From: a virus
Lineage: Duplodnaviria > Caudoviricetes
IMG/VR virus record: IMGVR_UViG_3300047564_004158
Location: 1 to 55,497 of that record
DNA: 55,497 nt
Direction: 5' to 3' (one strand)
Shown one piece after another: positions 47,277 to 55,497 of this stretch. Every line of letters starts with the position of its first letter. Position 1 is the first letter of the stretch. A program made the translations under genes and the position numbers. The notes beneath the pieces are model-generated. The model made no database searches, was not told where the DNA came from, and saw only the letters and a list, made by a program, of their open reading frames with translations.

Positions 47277-47558
47277 TTATTTTTTTACAATCTCGTCGTA
47301 GAAGAACTTAATCACTTCTTCGCCTTCAGCCTTGGCACAAATATCTAGTAATCCATAGAGTAAGCTATGTATATTTTCTATACTAGCCGGTATACTTATT
47401 CCTTCTCTAGATGCTTGCCAATCTCCTTCATAAGTAAGAAAATATTTGCGTAACTGTATATAAGTAACATCTCTAAAATCGTTTATAACTAAACGTACCT
47501 GAAAACCTTTTTCTAGGTTTTCCTCTATTAATCTTTCGTAGAGTATATTACTGTCCAC
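47277..47558 (-). CDS. PC4/p15-like ssDNA-binding protein
   Basis: VRL..NDFR..TYIQLRKY....GDW...REGISIP. Confidence 0.75.
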   Translation of the reverse strand: MDSNILYERLIEENLEKGFQVRLVINDFRDVTYIQLRKYFLTYEGDWQASREGISIPASIENIHSLLYGLLDICAKAEGEEVIKFFYDEIVKK

Positions 47559-47560
47559 GG

Positions 47561-48133
47561 CTATCTCTTATAAATAATATTTAAGTTGTTGCCAATTGCT
47601 GTTAAGTAACCTTGATCTAAAACATTAAAGTACTTGCTTACAAGTTCTTTATGTAGTTCTCTGGCTTCGCTACATTTACCCCACCACCAAGCAGCTATAG
47701 CTTTTTGGAATAACAGTCCATGACGTCCAGGATATTCTGTTAAATTAATGTGGTGTGGGTCTTTATCACCAGTAGTTAGTACTAAACCTAAATTAGCATA
47801 GGTATAGCTAGGAATCCATTCTTGGCTCCACTCATGATTTCTAGCCATAAAGTAGTAGGCTTCTGGCCTGTAAGGACATATATTAATAGCATGACTAAAA
47901 AGTGTTCGAACAGTATGACGTCTATTACCAGGAACTTCTAGGCAGCGTCCTGCTTTTAACAAACAATAGTATTGTACATCAAGTATTTCTGTTCGTTCTG
48001 CTGCGCGTAAGTAAAAAGATAATGCACCTGCAAACTGCCCACTATTAAAGTAGTAGTCTGCAATTTGCATATTATTTACACTGTTTTCTGTATCTGCAGC
48101 ATATATTTGTAGCAGTGTAGTTATGTCGTGCAT
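47561..48133 (-). CDS. TPR-like helical repeat protein
   Basis: A.SFYLRAAE, P.RPEAYY motifs; start moved to ATG 48133. Confidence 0.65.
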   Translation of the reverse strand: MHDITTLLQIYAADTENSVNNMQIADYYFNSGQFAGALSFYLRAAERTEILDVQYYCLLKAGRCLEVPGNRRHTVRTLFSHAINICPYRPEAYYFMARNHEWSQEWIPSYTYANLGLVLTTGDKDPHHINLTEYPGRHGLLFQKAIAAWWWGKCSEARELHKELVSKYFNVLDQGYLTAIGNNLNIIYKR

Positions 48134-49110
48134 ATATCTTCCATAAGTTTGGCAGGTACTTTTAGTACAAACGAACAATTATCCTGAAATCCAAACGTTA
48201 ATATAAAATTATTGTCCAACTTAGTCATACCAGTACAAAATTCTATATCAGCATTTAAAAAACTAAATTCAGGCGTCCACTTGTGTACATTCCAATCATT
48301 GTCCCAGAATATAAAACAATGTCTATATACAGCATTTTTTGCACCAATTTCTGAACGAAATAAATTTACAGTGTGTACACAAGCAAAACTGTAGCGGTCA
48401 TTTAATCTAATTACTTGTGAACCACCACGAAAGTCTTTGTAAAAATATGTATAAGTACCCATAAAAGTACTTTTAGTTTTATTAGTTTCTAAATCTACTT
48501 TAACAATTTCTGATGGGTTACACCACTTCATATAGTGAAATGGCATCTCCTCGATGGGCATCCAGTTCTTTTCACAATAACTATTATCATCACCTGTAGA
48601 TGCAATTCTAAATCTTGAAAACTCTTTTGCACTGTCATTAGTTACTTCTATGCCAGATAACTCCATACGGCCCTGACCATGTGGAGTAGTATCTCTGCGA
48701 ACACCAGTAGCATAAAGAGTATTGTTCCATCTAACTAATCTAACATCTTCTAAACCTACAAATTCCCATATAGGTTTTACATCTAGTTTACTAGTATCTA
48801 TTTTTAATACTTTTTGTGTTTGTAGCGTATTGCGATCTAATTCGCTTAAATAATTAGTAGTTGTTAGGGTCATATCATTTTCAGGATTTAAATATGATAG
48901 AGGACCCCACTGTGAATCAAACTTACACTTTTCAGCGTGATATAGTGTATACTGACAATGTCTAATATTTACTAGCAACTTGTCTAGCATCTTATCATAA
49001 TATACGGACGGATTAAAAATTCCTGTTCCATTAGTATACTTAAAATCTAGGAATAATGGCTGAATACTGCCGCCATTATCTAGCACTAACTTTACAAAAT
49101 TTTGTTGCAT
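48121..49110 (-). CDS. Beta-propeller glycoside hydrolase-like protein (GH43/GH130-like)
   Basis: FNPS, GLEDVRL, EKNWMP, RGGS, IEFC.G, FG..D motifs. Confidence 0.65.
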   Translation of the reverse strand: MQQNFVKLVLDNGGSIQPLFLDFKYTNGTGIFNPSVYYDKMLDKLLVNIRHCQYTLYHAEKCKFDSQWGPLSYLNPENDMTLTTTNYLSELDRNTLQTQKVLKIDTSKLDVKPIWEFVGLEDVRLVRWNNTLYATGVRRDTTPHGQGRMELSGIEVTNDSAKEFSRFRIASTGDDNSYCEKNWMPIEEMPFHYMKWCNPSEIVKVDLETNKTKSTFMGTYTYFYKDFRGGSQVIRLNDRYSFACVHTVNLFRSEIGAKNAVYRHCFIFWDNDWNVHKWTPEFSFLNADIEFCTGMTKLDNNFILTFGFQDNCSFVLKVPAKLMEDICTT

Positions 49111-49112
49111 AT

Positions 49113-49286
49113 TTACTTACCACAAATTAGCATAATATCAGTAGCGCTATAACGCTCCTTCATACCTAGCTCAATGCAACTTTGTTTTTGTGCGTAACTA
49201 CCTGCCATAGGTGCGCCAATTATTAATACAAAAGCTACTACAAAAATTATTACTCCAATTGCGCCTTCTTTAAAGGTATTACTCAT
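49113..49286 (-). CDS. Small single-TM protein
   Basis: Start moved to ATG 49286 (ATGA overlap); hydrophobic AIGVIIFVVAFVLIIG segment. Confidence 0.6.
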   Translation of the reverse strand: MSNTFKEGAIGVIIFVVAFVLIIGAPMAGSYAQKQSCIELGMKERYSATDIMLICGK

Positions 49287-49906
49287 ACCTGTACTCCAAG
49301 TTCTCGGATTTGTTCTAAACTGGCTAATTCGTAAGCAGGCTGCCAACAATACTGTTTTTGCTTTTCGTCCATTAACCACATATGATAAATCCATCCATGT
49401 TTCTCCGACAGTTTTTCACTGTATATTTTTGCCAGCGATAAATATCTGGCACTCCACACTGTTTCTCCAACAGCAAACTTATCACGAGCAGCTCCATCTG
49501 GTATAAGCTGCGGATTAAAGTAAGTTTGTCCAGGCACTCGTAGCGGAACACTATACTCATCTAATACTTGTTTGATGATAGTTACGCCACGATATGTGCT
49601 TTTAGTAATTGCATCAATAGTAGCACCACTAAGATATTCTTGAATAATAAATATCTTCTCATCCTTAGTAACAGCCTTGCCACGTAGTTTAGCACGTTGT
49701 TCCGCAGTTCTACGTTGACGTTCCTTAAACTGCTCTAATATTGTAGCAAGTCTAGTAGTATTATATGTCATGCCAAGCATCTGACATGCATCTTTTTTAG
49801 TAATTGGTTTTTTACCTTCTTCAGGTTCTAGCAATCTAATTACACGACTAAGATTGCTGTCTGTCATCTTTTCTTCTTCAAGCTCAGTCCTGCGTTTTCT
49901 TGCCAC
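49283..49906 (-). CDS. T5 D2-like DNA-binding protein
   Basis: TKKDACQMLG..YNTTRL, YLSG.TI..I.KS.YR motifs; T5-like context. Confidence 0.7.
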   Translation of the reverse strand: MARKRRTELEEEKMTDSNLSRVIRLLEPEEGKKPITKKDACQMLGMTYNTTRLATILEQFKERQRRTAEQRAKLRGKAVTKDEKIFIIQEYLSGATIDAITKSTYRGVTIIKQVLDEYSVPLRVPGQTYFNPQLIPDGAARDKFAVGETVWSARYLSLAKIYSEKLSEKHGWIYHMWLMDEKQKQYCWQPAYELASLEQIRELGVQV

Positions 49907-49922
49907 TAGATTCTCCAGAAGT

Positions 49923-49943
49923 AAAAGGCGGCACTAGGCCGCC
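49923..49943 (-). terminator. Rho-independent terminator after D3
   Basis: GGCGGC-ctagt-GCCGCC-TTTTACTT on the minus strand. Confidence 0.72.
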
Positions 49944-49947
49944 ACAA

Positions 49948-50322
49948 TTATGCTGCTTTTAAGACACTAGCAAAGTAAACTGCGGCTTTGCCGGTAAGTT
50001 TGCCAAGGATGTCGTCATCAATAGGACCTCCCTTAGCCTCAATCGCGGCTTTGAGTGCTGCAATCGAATCTTCTTTTGACACGCGTTTAGTACCTTCGCC
50101 TGACGAAGTTTTAGTTGTCTTAGCTGAACCGGCACTGGAGTCTTTCTTAACATATACTCCAGCTTGAACAAGCACCATACGTACGCCGTTTGGTGACATT
50201 TCAATTTCCTCTGCAATATCTTTGATGATTTCAGTTGAACTTTCAGGAGTTGGGCCTGCCTGCTCATACATTTCAATAACTTTAGCTTTGAGTTCATCTG
50301 TCCATGCGCTTTGGGTTGCCAT
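49948..50322 (-). CDS. T5 D3-like protein
   Basis: WTDE.K...IEMY, SPNGVRM.L.QAGVYVKK, KLTGKAA.YF motifs. Confidence 0.78.
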   Translation of the reverse strand: MATQSAWTDELKAKVIEMYEQAGPTPESSTEIIKDIAEEIEMSPNGVRMVLVQAGVYVKKDSSAGSAKTTKTSSGEGTKRVSKEDSIAALKAAIEAKGGPIDDDILGKLTGKAAVYFASVLKAA

Positions 50323-50337
50323 AGTTGTAATTATCCT

Positions 50338-50586
50338 TTAGTGTATATTTGGGTTTTGTTTGGGGTTAAGTGTTTCTATTAAATCGCGTTCTAATAGCTT
50401 ATGATACATTGCTTCATTACTGGCAACTAACATATATAGTAGTGAGCTTGGAATTAAACTTTCTGGCAACTCATCTAGGCTTTTGCCGTTTTCAAAACAC
50501 AGTTGCTCTAGTTTAGTTCTTAACTCTATACCATACTTTACTGTTTCATGAATTTGAATACTGTCCCATATTCTAAATTTAGACAT
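50338..50586 (-). CDS. Hypothetical protein
   Basis: 82-aa ORF in operon context. Confidence 0.55.
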   Translation of the reverse strand: MSKFRIWDSIQIHETVKYGIELRTKLEQLCFENGKSLDELPESLIPSSLLYMLVASNEAMYHKLLERDLIETLNPKQNPNIH

Positions 50587-50851
50587 ACTCTACTTGAACA
50601 TCAGTCATACCTTCAGGCTTAAAACGCCTGTAGTTATGCTTGAGATCAAAATCCTGTAATAGTTGCATAGTTTCCTCATGTTGTCGACGACGTAGGTCAC
50701 CCATAACTTGAGTAAATTTAGCAAACTCGCTTTCATCGAGATTTGTAATATCCCAACCCTCGACAAACTGAGTAGGTGTTACTAGCTCAATAACGGCACG
50801 TTTACTAATATCACCACCTGATTTAGTATAAGTAAATTCTAGGAGTTTCAT
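50579..50851 (-). CDS. Hypothetical protein (F.YTK..G..SKR...YRRFK), weakly WYL/SH3-like
   Basis: 90 aa, AAAGG SD, directly downstream of a promoter. Confidence 0.6.
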   Translation of the reverse strand: MKLLEFTYTKSGGDISKRAVIELVTPTQFVEGWDITNLDESEFAKFTQVMGDLRRRQHEETMQLLQDFDLKHNYRRFKPEGMTDVQVEYV

Positions 50852-50881
50852 TGATAGCCTTTCATCATCAACAGAAATAAT

Positions 50882-50910
50882 ATTATACAGTGTTTAACAA
50901 ACACTTTCAA
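50882..50910 (-). promoter_or_regulatory. sigma70 promoter with palindromic spacer
   Basis: TTGAAA-17 nt-TATAAT; AGTGTTT-n3-AAACACT at 50889-50905. Confidence 0.8.
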
Positions 50911-50920
50911 ATAGAAAATT

Positions 50921-51181
50921 TTAGTCTTGTTTTAATATTTCCGACCTTAACGCTTCTTTAAACAGCTTGCCTTTTTCTTCGCTGAATATTGGTATAAATA
51001 TGCTAGGTGCTATTAATATAGATAAAGCTATATAAGTTAAACTACTAATTATAGGGCTACGAGTAAACGTATTATCTATATTTAAACGCCTAGCTTCATG
51101 GACTATGGGTATGTAAAAGAATAACCAACAACATATACCTGTAGTTACTGCAAATACAAGATATAGTGTTAGGGCATCCAT
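50921..51181 (-). CDS. Two-TM membrane protein
   Basis: Two hydrophobic segments in 86 aa. Confidence 0.6.
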   Translation of the reverse strand: MDALTLYLVFAVTTGICCWLFFYIPIVHEARRLNIDNTFTRSPIISSLTYIALSILIAPSIFIPIFSEEKGKLFKEALRSEILKQD

Positions 51182-51576
51182 ACTTGGCGACCGTACCTAT
51201 CGTGCGCTCGCGCACCAATTGAAAAGTCAACCTTGCTAAGTTGTGCAACTTTTATACCTACTTTTGGCTTATTGTATCCTGCCAGCGCTTCTAGTTGAAT
51301 TTTATGATTACTGTTAAACATATCACGATTAACAAATCCTGCAAATTGCTTAAACAGTTTGGCAATTTTAATATTGCCTGGTGTCCACTGTGGGTCTTTG
51401 GGCGTTGCGCGACGATATTTAATAGATTGTGTGGCTTTTTGTGCTACTTGATCGTTTGGGTGATTTTTAAGATGTTTTGCTAATTTACGTTTGCGATTTG
51501 TTTCCCAGATTTTATTGCTTTTATACCTAGTCCAGTAGTTCTGGTCACTCTTACTACTAGTTTTGCCTTTGGCCAT
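51169..51576 (-). CDS. Basic hypothetical protein (NRKRKLAKHLKNHPND motif)
   Basis: Lys/Arg-rich, GAGGT SD. Confidence 0.65.
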   Translation of the reverse strand: MAKGKTSSKSDQNYWTRYKSNKIWETNRKRKLAKHLKNHPNDQVAQKATQSIKYRRATPKDPQWTPGNIKIAKLFKQFAGFVNRDMFNSNHKIQLEALAGYNKPKVGIKVAQLSKVDFSIGARAHDRYGRQVWMP

Positions 51577-51786
51577 TTATACCTCAATACAATTAATTAA
51601 TGATTCCTCAGTGTCCCACAACCAATCTTGGAGATCAACAGCACTGTCAATTCCGTCAGGTACATGGTCATAGTCTAAGAAGTTTAGCATTGCATCTAGT
51701 GGATCAGTACCAAAGACGATTTCTAGATCAATGCCCGCATCCTGCGGATGTTGAAAAGCTACAACATATTGTCTATCTTGTTTCAT
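51577..51786 (-). CDS. Small acidic hypothetical protein
   Basis: 69 aa, strong AAGGA SD, first gene after a promoter. Confidence 0.65.
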   Translation of the reverse strand: MKQDRQYVVAFQHPQDAGIDLEIVFGTDPLDAMLNFLDYDHVPDGIDSAVDLQDWLWDTEESLINCIEV

Positions 51787-51813
51787 AATCCTTTCCTTGA
51801 ATATCGAATAAAT

Positions 51814-51842
51814 ATTATAGCAAAATACGAGTGATAAGTCAA
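51814..51842 (-). promoter_or_regulatory. sigma70 promoter
   Basis: TTGACT-17 nt-TATAAT, TGn, upstream A-tract. Confidence 0.88.
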
Positions 51843-51859
51843 TATAATTTTTTTAGAAC

Positions 51860-51884
51860 AAAAAACCCAGCCTAAGCTGGGTTT
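51860..51884 (-). terminator. Rho-independent terminator after the tRNA(CAT)
   Basis: AAACCCAGC-ttag-GCTGGGTTTTTT on the minus strand. Confidence 0.82.
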
Positions 51885-51890
51885 AGTATT

Positions 51891-51968
<78 letters not shown>

Positions 51969-51969
<1 letters not shown>

Positions 51970-52745
51970 TAAAATCCTATATATTTATGCCTAATAAGAT
52001 TTAAGTCATATTTATTATATCCAGGATCATTTTGTGGGTTATTGTATGGATAGCGATTACTGGGTGTAAATTGCCACCAATTATCTCCCCACTTGTTAGT
52101 TAAGTAATATCCTTCATTTACCTGTCTAGCATAATCTAGTTTAGCTTTTAAGGAGGTATCTTCTCGCCAAGTTTGACTACCGCTTTTAGCATACTCTAGG
52201 GTTTCGCCATGATAGTAGGGTTTTGTTATAAACGCTTTGCTAATTGGTTCACTAATAAAGCGTAATAAGTAGTCCCAATCTTCACAGTAGGCTGGATATA
52301 GGTTTTCATCAAATAATCCATACTTTTGTACTACCCAGTCTTTTATTAAAAATATATCCCAGGTACCAACACCAAACTCCCCACTAGCACCATGTACCAT
52401 GCCTATGTCTGGATTGTTGGCATGAAAACACATATCTTCTAAAAAGCCACTAGTAAAAGCTACATCATGATTTACAATAATCCAATAAGGACTCATCATA
52501 TAGCTTTTAATAATTAGGTTCCAAGCAGCAGGACAACCAATATTAGTTGGCAGGTGACAGATGTGTAGATTTTTTATATGGTTGCTGTTTAGCTGTAAAT
52601 TATCTAGCTCTTTTGTAATTTGTCCGCGGCCATTATTATTAAACACAACAAAGTTATCTACTGGATAATCTATGCTAGCAATTAGTCGTTGTAACCAGTG
52701 TACGCCATTTACTATAGCAGTACCAATTACTGGTATGCTAGTCAT
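51969..52745 (-). CDS. Glycosyltransferase, GT2/GT-A-like
   Basis: SIDYP, N.G..AAWN, VNHDV, GLFDENLYPAYCED.DY motifs; start ATG 52745. Confidence 0.8.
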
Positions 52746-54225
52746 TATCAATTCTTTCCAGAACTGTTAGTCCATTATTAACTGTTCTGTGTATTTTAAA
52801 GCGCCAATGCGGATTAGCAATTAAAAATTCTATAATAGCTGGTAGTAGCCCTTGCCCACCACCACCTTCTCCACTAACGCCATAGGTATGTGTATCATGA
52901 AATGCTAAATATTTTTGTGCTTTATTTCCATGCAATTTTAATTCCTGACTTAATTGATCGTATGTATGCCAAGTATCAATGAATAGTAAGTCAACTGGCT
53001 CAATATCTAATTTTAGTACGTCTGCTTGTTCGTAACTAACATCCTTTCCTAAACTACTAGCATAGTGAAATAGTGCTAGTACTTTCTCGTCTAGTTCAAG
53101 ATCATAAGCACGTAGTTTAACATTTGCACTTAAAAATGCTCTAGTACTCTGCCCGTCGCGAGTACCCATTTCAGTAACACTAGCACAATCTATAGCTAAT
53201 TGTTTTAATATTGGCAGATGTTGATTTATATCTGTTTGCATATTGCAAGCAGCTAAATATTCATTATCTAGTAGATTTCTGCCATTATTTGCATATTGTG
53301 GTAACAAATAATCACGAATATTAGTGTGTTCAAATAACTGTTTTGGCAGTAAATCCTGCGAGTATTCTACTAGAACGGTATCTACTTCACCACTTGGCGA
53401 AATTCTTCCTGCCATTGGCTCCTCATGGTGAAGCTTAGCCATTTCGTTACCATTATAGCTATTGCCCTTAATAAAACTAAATGTATCATTATAGTGCGTA
53501 AACGAACGGCGTTTTACTGCACGTTTTTCTGGGCCACCCATCCAACTAAAATGCCAGCCCATATCTTCTACACGAATACCATCTTGGTGTAAATAGCTAA
53601 TAGTAAATGGGTTGTCTACATTAGATCTAATTTGTGTAGGAGTAGCACGCTGTAAATGTTGTTTTGTACACATAAACATGCCACCATCCCAATGTTTGGG
53701 ACTACCATCTATCTTAAATACTCTAAGATTTGCCTTTCCTTCTAGGTGCACTAGTGGAACTTTAATTATGTTATTAGGATGTGCAAGCACAGTATTAGCC
53801 AACCAATCTAAGTAAGCTGGATTGATAATTTCATCACTGTCACTAACTAAAAACAGTGTATTATCGCTGTACTTATCAATTGATTGTAGTAGACTGTCTT
53901 TTTGTAGTCGCTCTCTGGTTCTAGCACGTATAGAATCATGATTTTTGTTATTTTCATAACAATTAAAAACATCAATTAATTCTACTGGAAGATTATTATC
54001 TTCAGGAATAGTTAATTGTATAATTTCAATTTTATCGCGTGGTAGACCTAATTCACTAATCCGCTGATCTAACATATACTCGCAAGGTAGGCCACTATGA
54101 GTTTTATTAGATTCGCAAATAATAAATTTATCTACATAATCTTTTAGTACATTAATTCTTAATTGTAGTAGTTCTTTTCCTGTTTGGTCAAAGTAGGGGA
54201 AAAAATCTATAATTTGTTTTTGCAT
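52738..54225 (-). CDS. Fusion of a GT17-like glycosyltransferase and a class I SAM methyltransferase (Methyltransf_24-like)
   Basis: ELL.LR..L...VDKFII.ESN.THSG, SDSDEI, GWHFSW; then EMGTR.G.ST, LFIDTWHTY, FHDT. Confidence 0.8.
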   Translation of the reverse strand: MQKQIIDFFPYFDQTGKELLQLRINVLKDYVDKFIICESNKTHSGLPCEYMLDQRISELGLPRDKIEIIQLTIPEDNNLPVELIDVFNCYENNKNHDSIRARTRERLQKDSLLQSIDKYSDNTLFLVSDSDEIINPAYLDWLANTVLAHPNNIIKVPLVHLEGKANLRVFKIDGSPKHWDGGMFMCTKQHLQRATPTQIRSNVDNPFTISYLHQDGIRVEDMGWHFSWMGGPEKRAVKRRSFTHYNDTFSFIKGNSYNGNEMAKLHHEEPMAGRISPSGEVDTVLVEYSQDLLPKQLFEHTNIRDYLLPQYANNGRNLLDNEYLAACNMQTDINQHLPILKQLAIDCASVTEMGTRDGQSTRAFLSANVKLRAYDLELDEKVLALFHYASSLGKDVSYEQADVLKLDIEPVDLLFIDTWHTYDQLSQELKLHGNKAQKYLAFHDTHTYGVSGEGGGGQGLLPAIIEFLIANPHWRFKIHRTVNNGLTVLERIDND

Positions 54226-54239
54226 TATCTAACTCTTGT

Positions 54240-54314
54240 TGGTACTCGGTGACAGTTTCGAACTGCCGACCCTCACGGTGTAAACGTGACGCTCTACCAC
54301 TGAGCTAACCGAGC
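54240..54314 (-). tRNA. tRNA-Val (TAC)
   Basis: GCTCGGT...TCACG-TTTACAC-CGTGA...TTCGAAA...ACCGAGT-ACCA. Confidence 0.93.
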
Positions 54315-54317
54315 GTA

Positions 54318-54830
54318 TTAATTTACTAATACACGACTAATTGCTGTTATAACGCTAGCAATACGGCCAATATCACGTAGTTGTTCTACTGTATAGCCTT
54401 CTTTTTTAAGTGTATCGTAATGTGCTTTTACACAAAAATGACACTTGCCTACAATTGAGGCAGCTAAACTGTAGGCCTCAAATTTAGCTTTAGTAGTGAA
54501 ACCATGTGTGTTAATAGCGTTCATACGTAGTTGTGCTGGCAGCCCACTAAGTTGCTCGTCACCAGCCATTTCTACATATGGATACCACGTATTATTTTGT
54601 GCCATTAGACTAGCTGCAGTAATAACAGCATAAGCTTCTTGACTATCAGTCATTTCAGTTTCTAGCCATGTCCACAATTTATGATTACCTGTGGCAAATG
54701 CAGCTGCTAGTGCAATATATTCAGCATCTTCACCTAATGAGCTACGCTTAATTACGTTATCTAAATTTAGTTTTGCATCTTTAGCATAGTCTGGTACGGC
54801 TTGCTTGACTTTGTCTACCCAGTGCGTCAC
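54318..54830 (-). CDS. ahpD: Alkyl hydroperoxide reductase AhpD
   Basis: PDYAKD.KLNL, MAQNN.WY, LRMN, CHFCVKAH motifs; GTG start overlapping the ahpC stop (GTGA). Confidence 0.9.
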   Translation of the reverse strand: MTHWVDKVKQAVPDYAKDAKLNLDNVIKRSSLGEDAEYIALAAAFATGNHKLWTWLETEMTDSQEAYAVITAASLMAQNNTWYPYVEMAGDEQLSGLPAQLRMNAINTHGFTTKAKFEAYSLAASIVGKCHFCVKAHYDTLKKEGYTVEQLRDIGRIASVITAISRVLVN

Positions 54831-55402
54831 AGTGTTGCTCCGCCTACTGTACGGTTGCAGGCACAAAGTTCACCAGTTTGTAGTGCGTCTAACACACGTA
54901 ATGTTTCTTCTGGCGATCTACCTACGTTTAGGTTATTCACTGTAACATGCTGAATAACATTGTCTGGGTCGACGATAAATGTTGCACGTAGTGCTGCACC
55001 TGCTGGTACATAAAATACGCCCAGCTGTTCAATTAGGCTAAGGTTTTTATAGCCAATGCCAAAATCATCGTCCATCCACTCATTACCACGACGTTGTGTA
55101 TCAGCAAATTGAATGTGCTTGATCTTAGCCAAATCCTCGTGACTACGTTGCCAAGCAAGTTTGCAGAATTCATTGTCAGTGCTGCCTGTTAATAGAACGG
55201 CATCACGGTCTTGGAAGTCCTGAAACAATTTATCATATGCCACAATCTCAGTGGGACATACAAATGTAAAATCTTTGGGGTAGTATACTAAGACTTTCCA
55301 CTTGCCTGGAAAGCTGGTTTCAGTAATATCAAAAAACTGGTCACTGCCTGGGTTGATGCCAGTTACTAGAAATGGTTTTAATTTATCGCCTACTGTTTTC
55401 AT
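54827..55402 (-). CDS. ahpC: Peroxiredoxin AhpC
   Basis: YPKDFTFVCPTE, RATFIVDP, VGR...E.LR.LDALQ..ELC motifs. Start moved to ATG 55402 because the track's extension runs through the tRNA. Confidence 0.95.
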   Translation of the reverse strand: MKTVGDKLKPFLVTGINPGSDQFFDITETSFPGKWKVLVYYPKDFTFVCPTEIVAYDKLFQDFQDRDAVLLTGSTDNEFCKLAWQRSHEDLAKIKHIQFADTQRRGNEWMDDDFGIGYKNLSLIEQLGVFYVPAGAALRATFIVDPDNVIQHVTVNNLNVGRSPEETLRVLDALQTGELCACNRTVGGATL

Positions 55403-55419
55403 AAATACCTTGTGTTGTG

Positions 55420-55495
55420 TGGAGCGGCAAATCGGTCTCGAACCGACAACATCCTGCTTGGAAGGCAGGTGCTCTACCAATTGAGCTATTGCCGC
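55420..55495 (-). tRNA. tRNA-Gly (TCC)
   Basis: GCGGCAA...CCTGC-CTTCCAA-GCAGG...TTCGAGA...TTGCCGC-TCCA. Confidence 0.94.
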
Positions 55496-55497
55496 GT

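Noticed and set aside
55403-55484. N-terminal extension of AhpC and the antisense 60-aa ORF
   Set aside because: Both overlap tRNA-Gly; AhpC homology begins at MKTVGDK (55402).

Overview
A 55.5-kb AT-rich slice of a lytic T5-like (Demerecviridae-type) phage genome. It is probably aquatic and infects a Gram-negative host: the spanin pair is seen directly, while a Betaproteobacteria-like host is only inferred. Two transcription blocks converge on a bidirectional terminator at 29408-29443. The + strand (1-29405) carries more than 21 kb of modular fibre/adhesin genes (collagen-like, IPT/Ig, LamG, polyglycine and beta-propeller-like paralogs, plus a 2OG-Fe(II) oxygenase), a spanin-spanin-GH19 lysis cassette, a seven-gene run of exported or membrane proteins of unknown function, and phoH. 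The - strand (29445-55497) carries the T5-like replication module: D2/D3, PC4-like protein, split NAD ligase, D5, helicase, primase, family A polymerase, D10-D15 and dUTPase. It also holds a free-standing LAGLIDADG endonuclease, a class II ribonucleotide reductase, glycosyltransferase and TPR/propeller insertions, ahpC-ahpD, three tRNAs and six consensus sigma70 promoters. The most unusual signal lies in the two big LamG fibre genes. Most lectin cores there are bracketed by a G/T-skewed synonymous arm upstream and a C/A-skewed arm downstream, with G-quadruplex-like motifs on opposite strands, which suggests a cassette-exchange system for receptor-binding domains. All product calls come from motif recognition; no database searches were run.
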